Source of the DNA: a virus
Lineage: Duplodnaviria; Caudoviricetes
Strand: one strand, 5' to 3'
DNA: 64,000 bases
Virus record (IMG/VR): IMGVR_UViG_2930337131_000001
Coordinates: 1 to 64,000 of that record
A program made the translations under genes and the position numbers. Of the stretch, positions 54,421-63,500 are shown one piece after another (position 1 is the stretch's first letter; each line of letters begins with the position of its first letter). The notes beneath the pieces were generated by a model, which was not told the origin of the DNA, ran no database searches, and was given only the letters and a program-made list of their open reading frames with translations.

Positions 54421-56903
54421 TGCCCCGCCAACTCTTCCCCGGGCTCCGCGGCCTCCTTGTCCCACGAGGCGCCGTGGAGCCAGCAGCCGCGCCCGCGCCC
54501 GTCGAGACGAAGGACCTGCTCGCAGGGGGCGTCTACACGTCGATGACGTACGCCGGCGTCACGAACGTGTGGGGCACCCCGGGCCGTGCGGACGGCTGGG
54601 ACCTCGAGCGCGTCATCGTCGAGGGCTACGAGCGTTCCATCTGGACCTTTAAGTCCGTGGAGGCGATCAGCAAGCACGCCTCTACCCTGCCCATCCAGAT
54701 CGGCCGCGGTGGCGACGAGCGTGAATTCGCCGAGGTCCTCAAGGACCATCCGCTGCTGAAGTTGCTCAACCGCAAGGCCAACCCGCTCGAGACCGGCGAT
54801 GTCTTCAAGAAGCGGCTGAGCGCCATGCTGCTGCTGAGCAAGAAGGGCGTGTTCGTCGAGAAGACGAAGAACCGGCGCGGAGTGCTGACCCGGCTCGACC
54901 TGCTGCCCCCGGACCGCGTCAACATCATCCCGGACGTCGAGAACTCCGCCTATGTGAGCCACTTCGAGCTCACGGAGTACAACGGCCGCATCCGCGAACT
55001 GCCGCCGGAAAAGGTCATCTGGATCAGGGACCCGCACCCCACGGACCCGTTCTGCGGCGTGACTCCGCTCGAGGCCGCCGGGCTGTCGGTCGACCTGGAC
55101 GTCAAGGCCCGCACCTACAACATCTCCTTTATCGACAATGACGGCCGCCCTGGCGGCATCGTCGGTATCGACCTGGACGGCGTGGACCAGGCAGAGGTCA
55201 AGCGGATCCAGAAGCGGCTCGAGCCGGGCGCGCACAACGCCGGACAGCTCACCCTCGTGGGCACCGGGCCCGGCGGTGTCACGTACGTCGACACCTCGGC
55301 CCGCCCCCGCGAGATGGCATACGAGACGCTCGCCAGCACCTCGAAAAACGAGATCCTCTCCGCGTTCGGTGTGCCCGAGAGCGTGATCGGCAACGCCAGC
55401 GAGCGGACGTTCGCGAACGCCGACCGGGAGGAGTACACGTTCTGGGCCCACACGGAGCTTCCCCACCTCAACCTGCTCGCCTCGGCGTTCGACCCGGACC
55501 TGTCGGACGACTGGGTGATCCGGTTCGACACCTCCCGCATTCAGGCCCTGGAGTTCCCCCGCCGCCAGGCCCGTGAGGAAGCGCGCAAGGAGTGGGAGTC
55601 GGGCCTCATCACCATCGACGAGTACCGGGTGGCGGCCGGGCGTAAGCCGTTCAACACCCCGCAGTCCCGCGCGCTGTGGATCAGCCCGCAGAAGGCACCC
55701 GTCCCCGCCAACGCCCAGGACGCGGCCGCCCTCGGCCTCTCCGACCCGGGCGGCGCTCCGGGCGCGGGCGGTACCCCCGGAGCAGGCCCGGCCGCCGGAC
55801 CGCCCACAGCCGACGGGGACCAGTCCGCCGCCGCGGCGGTCGCTGGGGCCCGCACCGACGACCCCGGTCCGACCGCGGCCGACGACGTAGCCGCAGCCCG
55901 CGGGCAAGCGCCCTCCGAGCCGGCCGCCGGTTCGGACTCGCCCGCGGCCGACGCCGTGGCGGACGCCCGCGCGGACGTCACCGACGACGGCCCCGGGGAA
56001 GCAGCCGGCGACGTCGCGGCCGCGCGCGCCAGCACGGTGCAGCCCGAGGCCGGACCCGCGGCCGAGGAAGTCGAGCGGGCACGCGCCCAGCTCGAGACCA
56101 AGGCACTCACCGGCGACGACAACGGGTTCGAGGTCACCGACGCCGACTTCGACACCCTCGCCGCGGCCATCAAGGCAGCCCTCACCGCGCTTCTGGCGCG
56201 CCAGGAGGGAGTCATCGTCGCCCGGATCCACGCCCCGAAGATCCGCAAGCACACGCGGTTCTGGGAGCCGGAGAACGAGAACGACACCCGCGGCGGCGAC
56301 GCCAACCTCGACGAGGACCGCGTCGTCAGCGCGGCCCGCTGGGCGGAGGAGACCACCAACACCCTGACCCCGATCCTGCAGCAGGCCGCGGCCGCCACCG
56401 CTCGCAAGCTGAGCAAGGCAGTCACCGGCACCGAAACGGTGCCCCCGGCCGCCGTCGCGCCCGCGCTCGTCACCGCGGCGCACGCCGGTGAAGCGATGAC
56501 CGCGTTCCTCACCGAACTCGCCGTCGTGCTGCACCAGGCCCAGGCCGATCCGAACCTCGACCTCGACACGCTGAAGCACGTGGTCGGCGGCTTCTACAAC
56601 TCGGCCGGCCCCGACCTCGCGGCCCGGGTCGCGGAGACCTGCGCCGTCTCGACCATCAACGGGGCCGCGGACGCCGCAGCAGAGAACGCCGGGCCCGGAG
56701 TCGTCCGGACGTGGATCACTCGCCAGGACGACCGCGTACGGCCCGCGCACCGCGCCCTCCAGGGCAAGACGCTGCCCGTCGGCACGCCGTACGAGATCGA
56801 CGGCGCCCAGCTCCGCTACCCCGGCGACCCGTTCGCTCCGCTCGCCCTGACGATCAACTGCCGTTGCCGTCTCCACTACGCCACAGACGAGGACGTGAAC
56901 TGA
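54420..56903 (+). CDS. phage portal protein fused to MuF-like minor head domain
   Basis: HPLLKLLNRKANP, GVTPL, NDGRPGG, FGVP..NASERTFAN; C-terminal WITRQDDRVRPAH..YPGDP..INCRC. Confidence 0.88.
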   Translation: MPRQLFPGLRGLLVPRGAVEPAAAPAPVETKDLLAGGVYTSMTYAGVTNVWGTPGRADGWDLERVIVEGYERSIWTFKSVEAISKHASTLPIQIGRGGDEREFAEVLKDHPLLKLLNRKANPLETGDVFKKRLSAMLLLSKKGVFVEKTKNRRGVLTRLDLLPPDRVNIIPDVENSAYVSHFELTEYNGRIRELPPEKVIWIRDPHPTDPFCGVTPLEAAGLSVDLDVKARTYNISFIDNDGRPGGIVGIDLDGVDQAEVKRIQKRLEPGAHNAGQLTLVGTGPGGVTYVDTSARPREMAYETLASTSKNEILSAFGVPESVIGNASERTFANADREEYTFWAHTELPHLNLLASAFDPDLSDDWVIRFDTSRIQALEFPRRQAREEARKEWESGLITIDEYRVAAGRKPFNTPQSRALWISPQKAPVPANAQDAAALGLSDPGGAPGAGGTPGAGPAAGPPTADGDQSAAAAVAGARTDDPGPTAADDVAAARGQAPSEPAAGSDSPAADAVADARADVTDDGPGEAAGDVAAARASTVQPEAGPAAEEVERARAQLETKALTGDDNGFEVTDADFDTLAAAIKAALTALLARQEGVIVARIHAPKIRKHTRFWEPENENDTRGGDANLDEDRVVSAARWAEETTNTLTPILQQAAAATARKLSKAVTGTETVPPAAVAPALVTAAHAGEAMTAFLTELAVVLHQAQADPNLDLDTLKHVVGGFYNSAGPDLAARVAETCAVSTINGAADAAAENAGPGVVRTWITRQDDRVRPAHRALQGKTLPVGTPYEIDGAQLRYPGDPFAPLALTINCRCRLHYATDEDVN

Positions 56904-56904
56904 C

Positions 56905-57258
56905 CTGAACACCTACCCCGCGGCCCTGCTGCGCGTGATCGACGGCGACACCCTCGACGTCGACCTCGACCTCGGCTTCACGATCCGCTCTCGGCAGCGC
57001 CTGCGCCTGCTGGGCCTCAACGCGCCGGAGAAGAACACCCCGGAGGGCAAGACCGCCAAGGCGTGGGTGAGTGACTGGCTCACCGAGCACGGCCCCGACC
57101 TGGTGGTCGAGACCCACGCCCGGGAGAAGTACGGCCGCTGGCTGGCCACGGTCACCGGCCAGGACGGCGCCTGCCTGAACACCGCACTCCTCGAAGCCGG
57201 CCAAGCCGCCCCGTACGACGGCCACGGCCCCCGCCCCCTCCCCGAACCCAAGGAGTAA
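56905..57258 (+). CDS. thermonuclease (SNase-like)
   Basis: RVIDGDT..DLGF..RLLGLNAPE..KYGRWLA; start may be CTG 56905 or GTG 56935. Confidence 0.85.
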   Translation: MNTYPAALLRVIDGDTLDVDLDLGFTIRSRQRLRLLGLNAPEKNTPEGKTAKAWVSDWLTEHGPDLVVETHAREKYGRWLATVTGQDGACLNTALLEAGQAAPYDGHGPRPLPEPKE

Positions 57259-57263
57259 CCGCC

Positions 57264-57476
57264 ATGTGGGCAGCCATCTGGATCGCCTGGACCACCGTCT
57301 TCGCCATCGCCGAGGCCATCGCCCTCGCCAACAAGAAGGACGAGGACACCCTCTCGGAGAACGTCCGCCGCCTGTTCCGCACGAGAACCAGCAAGGCGGG
57401 CCGGGCCATATTCGCGGCCGCCTGGTTCGGATTCAGCGGCTGGTTCGCGCTGCACATCCTGACGGAGACGATGTAA
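57264..57476 (+). CDS. small 2-TM protein
   Basis: AAGGAG RBS; two hydrophobic segments. Confidence 0.65.
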   Translation: MWAAIWIAWTTVFAIAEAIALANKKDEDTLSENVRRLFRTRTSKAGRAIFAAAWFGFSGWFALHILTETM

Positions 57477-57543
57477 CCAGCGGGTGGGGGCCGCTTGCCC
57501 AATTGGGCAAGAACGATCTTGGAGTATGGCGCGGCCATCACCA

Positions 57544-57581
57544 CGCGACGCTAACCGCGCGCGATGTGCATGGTCCGCGCC
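57544..57581 (+). promoter_or_regulatory. Class B promoter-like motif before giant gene
   Basis: CGCGAC-N19-CATGGT-CCGCGCC-ATG. Confidence 0.6.
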
Positions 57582-60500
57582 ATGCTGAATCGCCCCGCTG
57601 CTGCGCACGCTGAGTTGCAGGACCTGAGTGACGGTCTCGAGGTCAAGGCCGCCCGCCGTTGGAACCCCGCCCTGCATCCTCGCGACAGCAAGGGCCGATT
57701 TATCGAGACCGGCGGCATCGTCCGCCTGTGGGGAGGCGACCTCGCGCGCGTCATGCGCGCCCTGCCCAACGACCGCATCCTCGTGCAGGACCAGACCGGC
57801 CCGAACGAGTTCAACGGCCGCAGGCACACCACCAGCGCCAAGTGGGTGTCCATGGTGGCCCGCCCCGACGGCTCCGCGCCCACTGACAACGAGCACAAGG
57901 TCGAGGCGGAGGACGAGAAGCGGGACAAGGACGCCCGGCGCGGCAACGGCGTTGTCCACGACGACGCCGGCGACCCCGACACCCCCAACGACGCTCACCC
58001 CGTCGACGACCGCGGCCGCCCGATCGGCGAGGACGACCACCCCGTCGGGCCCCGCGAGAACGACGACCAGGACGAGCCCGAGCACGGCAGGCACCCGGTC
58101 AACGTCCGCGCCCTGCCCAACGAACCCACTTCGGGCGGCAGCCGCTTCCAGGACACGGCGGCAGTCCGTCAGCACTTCCTCGACCTGGCCGACCGGCCCG
58201 ACACCCGGCCGGAGATGGCGCAGTTCCTGCGCTCCGTCGCCACTGACGACGACCTGCGTATCGCGGGGGACCTGGCCGTCCTCCGCGACGACTCCACCGG
58301 CCGCTGGTACCTGACGGCGACCGGCACCGGTCAGCGCATGGACCTTGCCGGGGACTTCGCCACCCCCGACGAGGCCAGTGAGTTCGCCCGCCACCTCCGG
58401 ACCACCGCCCCGACCAAGGGCGCTGCGATCCGCGCGTTTGCTCGGGGATTCGACTTCTCCAACCCCGACCTTGACGCCGAGGCGCGCACCTGGCGCTCGG
58501 ACAGGGACGAGAACATCGCGACCGCCATCAAGCGGGCCCGCGGGGAGTTCGACGCCTCCCGCCCCAATCCCGACACGGCCCACGCCCCGCACCCGGACGC
58601 TGGTACGCCGGAGACGGTCAGCCGAGACCAGCTCCAGCCTGGTGACCGCGTCAGGGTGACCGTGGGCCGCGGTGACATCGAGTGGCCGGACAGCACCCGC
58701 GGCCAGGACAAGCCGGAGACGGTCACCGTCGAGGGCACCGTCGCGCCCACCTACCGGCCCGGCCCGGGAACCCAGGGCGCGCCCCTCGTCGACGTCACCC
58801 TGACCCGCCCGGACGGCGTCGTGATGGCATCCAACGACTCCGCCCACGTCCGGCGGATGCCCAGCCAGGCGGACCGGCTCGGGCACACGGACGGCCACGC
58901 CCCGGAGGAACGGCGCGCCGACCACGTCCGCGTCGGAGACGTCATCTCCCGCGGCAACTTCGGGCACGTCGTCACCCGGATCAACCGCCACCAGGGCGGC
59001 CGGACCTTCACGACCCGCAACCTCGGCGGCCGCGGCGAGGTCGACCAGTTCGGTACGCGCCCCGACGCCATGCTGTCCGTCGTCCCGCGCGGCAGCCGCC
59101 GACCGGAGGACGTCCTGCGCGACGTCCCCAGCCACACGCAGCAGCACCCGAACAGCACGGATGCCCGCGGTGCGGCCAGGATGATCGTCCGGGACTGGGG
59201 CCGGGTCAACGAGCTCGCCGGGCAGCAGTGGCCGGACGGGGCGCCGGACGAGTTCCGCACCCTGGCCCAGCACATGCAGAACGTCACGGAGGACCCCAAG
59301 GGCCCCGAGGGCTACCAGCAGAACGCCGACGCGATGCGCGGCGCCCTGGACGTCCTCCACGGGCTGGACTCCGACAACGTCAGCCAGGACATGGCGCGCT
59401 CCCTTCACCGGCTCGAGGAGGGCCTGGACTACAACGCCGACCGGTTCGAGGCCGACGCCCGCGCGATCCAGGCCCGCAGGGCGGCCGCGGCCGCGAACGC
59501 CCCGGACGCCAACGCGCCCGAGACCAACGCGCCCGCGAGCCCGGAGCCTGCCGGCGAACCGCTGCAGCACGATTGGTCCCCCGACAACCTGGTCACCCTG
59601 ACCATGCCGGAGGCGCTCGCGGACTTCCTCAACGTGGACGAAACCGCGGCGATGGAGGACCCCGACACCCGTAAGGCACTCACCGAAGCCGTCCGCGGCC
59701 GCAACGGCACGCTGAAGGTCACCGCGCCGATCGAGACGCACCGGGCCCTGCTCGAGTGGGCGTGGACGCTCGCGGGCGGTGAAGGACTGGACTCCGACCC
59801 GAAGGAGGTCCGGGCCCACCGCAACTACACCAAGCGCGTTGACGAGGCCGCGGCCAAGCTGGAGGAGGCCCGCGCGGCGAAGCCGGACGGCGACGCCCCA
59901 GACGCGAACGTTCCCACCCCGGACGCCGGTGGCAGCACGCCGGATGCACCGTCGGCCAACGCCCCGGACGCCGGCCAGGGCACCCCGGACGCTGGCACCC
60001 CGGACACGGTCACCATGTCGCCCGACGAGGTGAACGCGCCCGCGGCCGCGGCGCACGGAGCGAAGGCCCCGTCGTCGATGGACGACGGCGAGATCCGCGA
60101 CGAGATCGTCTCCCTGATGGAGCGGGAGATGGCCAACGGCGGGGAGCTGTCGGGAGTCGACCGCACCCGCCTCCAGGTCCTCGAGGCGGAGGAGGCCCGC
60201 CGCGCCGGCCGTGCGCCGAAGCGCGAGGACAAGCCGAAGCCGAAGCCCGCGGAGGAGCCCGGCGGTCTGTTCGACGTCGCCCCCGACGAGCAGCAGCGGT
60301 TCGTTGCCGACCCGAACAACCCGGACGACCTGGCGGACGACCCGCTGGGCACGCCGGACATGTTCGCCGACCACGAAGGCCGCGACACGTCCCGGCTGCG
60401 GCCCCCGCAGTCCCGCAAGCCTGCCGACTTCAAGCCCGGCGACCGGTTCGTCGACACCGACGGGCGCACCCACACCGTGCGGGACGAGCCGATCCGGACC

Positions 60501-63500
60501 CCGCGCGGCCGCATCCGCGTCGTCGACGAGGACGGTGGGGAGCACTTCCTCGCGCCGGACAAGGAACTGCGCGTCCTGCACGAGGACGAGACCGCCCCCG
60601 AAGTGCCGGAGACCAACACCCCCGAAGCGAACGCGCCGGAGGGCGACGCCCCGTCCTCGGACGCCCCGGACACCAACACCCCGGGCGCCGACGCCGCCGA
60701 CACCCCTGACGCCAACGCGCCCGAGGGAGACACCCCCGGCACCCCGGACGACTCCGTCGCCCCGCCTGCCCCGATCGGGGAGGCGTCCCCGGCGAGCATG
60801 AGCGACGAGGACATCGACGCCGAGCTCGAGGCGCTGCAGGCGTGGCAGAACCGGCACGTCTCGAGCAGCGGGGAAGGCCCGCGCGTTCAGGGCAGTCGCA
60901 TGCTCGCGCTCTCACCAGTCGGCAGCCGCCGCGGCGACCTGTGGCAGGAGCAGCGCAACCGCGAGACGGCCCGCAAGGACAAGGAACGGAAGGAGAAGGA
61001 GAAGCAGGACCGGGCCGCGGCACTCGCCCGTGCCGAGATCGGCAACCGCTCCGCTGACGGCTCGTACCCGGTGGCCGTCGACGGCGACGACGCCGGCAGC
61101 GTCAGCCAGACCGCCCGCAAGTGGCAGTACACAGACGCCGAAGGCCGCCGGTCTCCCGACTTCTACCCGAGCCGCGCCCAGGCCGTGGCCGCGCTCGTCC
61201 AGAGCCGCGACGTCCGCCGGAACAACGACGCCGAGCACGCTCGCCAGGACCAGGCGCGCACGCAGACGCCGAACGGCTGGACTCTCGGCGACCGCGCCGA
61301 CGTGGCCGAGAACGACATCATCCGTATCCCCCGGATGGGCCGTGACCGGGACGGCAGGCCGTACCCCGAGGGCTGGGGGCAGCCGGTCCGCGTTACCGGC
61401 GTGGAGCACCAGGACGACGGCACGACGATCGTCCGCTTCAGCAACCCCGACGGCTCGCACGCCTGGGGCAGCCCCCTGTTCCTGCGGGGCCCCGACGACA
61501 CGTTCGCGTGGGCCAACGACCGCACCCGCCCGGAGCCGACCCCGGCATGGCGGCATGAGCTCCGTCCCCGGATGGCCGACATCGGCGACGACGTCGCCAC
61601 CCTGCTGAACCACGCCGATGGGATCGACGACCAGGACCAGGAGCGGATGCGGCGCCTGGGCGAGCTGATCCGCCGCGTCGAGGACGGCGACACCGAGGAT
61701 CTGCAGGCAGACCTCCGCAAGATCCGCGACGAGGCCGCGTGGCTCGAGGAGCAGTTCAGCCGCGAGGACCTGCCGTTCGAGACGCGCCGGTACAAGTCGT
61801 GGGCGGTGGCCGCGCACGGCAAGGCTCAGCGGGCCCTCGACCACCCGGACTTCCAGCACGGCAGCACGACGGACGCTCCCACCGCGCCCGACGCGAACGC
61901 GCCCGAGGGCGGGGTTCCGGGAACGCCGAGCACGGGCCCCGAGCTGCCCGACGAGTTTGCCGCGGTGCGGCAGCGCTACGGCGGCGACATGGTGCCCGCG
62001 TCCGAGATCCAGCGCGGGGACTGGGTGCACACCGTCTCGCGTGACCCCGTCTACAACGAGCCGATGCACATGGTGGGGCGCGTCGTCGACGTCACCCCCG
62101 TACTCAGCAACGGGCAGGTCCGCATCGAGGTCGAGGCGCACGTCAAGCTCAACGGCAAGGACACCGTGCGGACCGAGTTCGCGATGATCCCCGCCACCGA
62201 TCTGGCGGAGCGGCTCCCGGAGGGCAACCCCGGACGAGAGGACTCCTCCGACCTGGCGCGCCGGATCGAGGGCGATTTCGAGCGGCACCATGCGTCCAAG
62301 GTGCCGGTACCGGAGGGCTGGCAGGCCGTTGACGGCTCTCAGATCCAGCCCCGCCCCGGCGACCGCTACCGGATCGTCGCGCGCAGGGGCGGCGGCTCGG
62401 GCCCCCACGCGGGTAAAGAGCACATGAACGTCACGGTGGAACGCCCGGCCGAGCGAGAGGGCTACTGGCGCGTCAAGGGCCAGCCGCTGAGCTTCCGCCC
62501 GAGCGACATCGTGGCCATCCCCGACGACGCCGGAGCGCAGCACAGGGACGACGCACCCGACGCCAACCTGCCGAACGCCGACGCCCCGAACGCGGACGCT
62601 CCGAACGTCGACGACCGCGCCACCCGTGCCCGGGACCTGTTCGGCGAGGGCATGAACGCCGTGGGCGGCGACTCCCTGCCGGAGATGCAGGAGCTCAACG
62701 ACCGTCTCGGCCGCGCTGACTCCGCGGACGACCGGGACGCGGAACTCGGTGACATCGCCGACCGCATGGACGAGCTCGCCGACCAGTACGGGCTCGCAGG
62801 CCCCCAGGGCGAGCTCGCCGCCGACCGGTTCCGCCGTGCTGCGCGTGCAGCCCGCGGCGAGCAGGACGACCGCGACAACCACGGAGGCGACGACCACAGC
62901 AACGCTCACGCAGACGGCGACCGCAGCACCGACGGCGCGTCCAACGACGGCCAGAACGACGGCAGCAGCAACGACACGACGGACGGAGGCACCCCCGACG
63001 GTGAGGACCGCGGGCAGCAGCGGGACGACCAGACGGCCCCGGCCGGCGACAGCGCCGACGAGCCGAACCAGGACGACAACCAGGGCGAGCCGAACCCCGA
63101 CGACACCCAGACCCCCGGCGACGACCAGGGCCAGCCGGACAACGAGGACGAGCAGCGCCAGGACGACCAGGACAACGGCCGGCAGCGCAACGACACGAAC
63201 CCGGACGGGGCCGCCCCCGACGGCGCCCCCGACGGTGGCGGAGCAGGCGCGCCCGACTCCAGCGACGACAGCAACAACTCGAACGACGACAACGGCGACG
63301 GCCCCGACCACGCGAACGACGAAGAGGACGCCCCGAACCCGGACGAGGAGAACCAGGACGACGAGGAGCGCCGCCGGAAGCGCCGGCGTCGCCGCAACAA
63401 CCGCGGGGGCGGTACCGGTGGCCCCGGCGGGGGCGGACCGGGCGGCCCTGGCCTGCCGCACCTGAGCCTGCCGGACCTCAACGTCCCTGCCGGAACGGGC

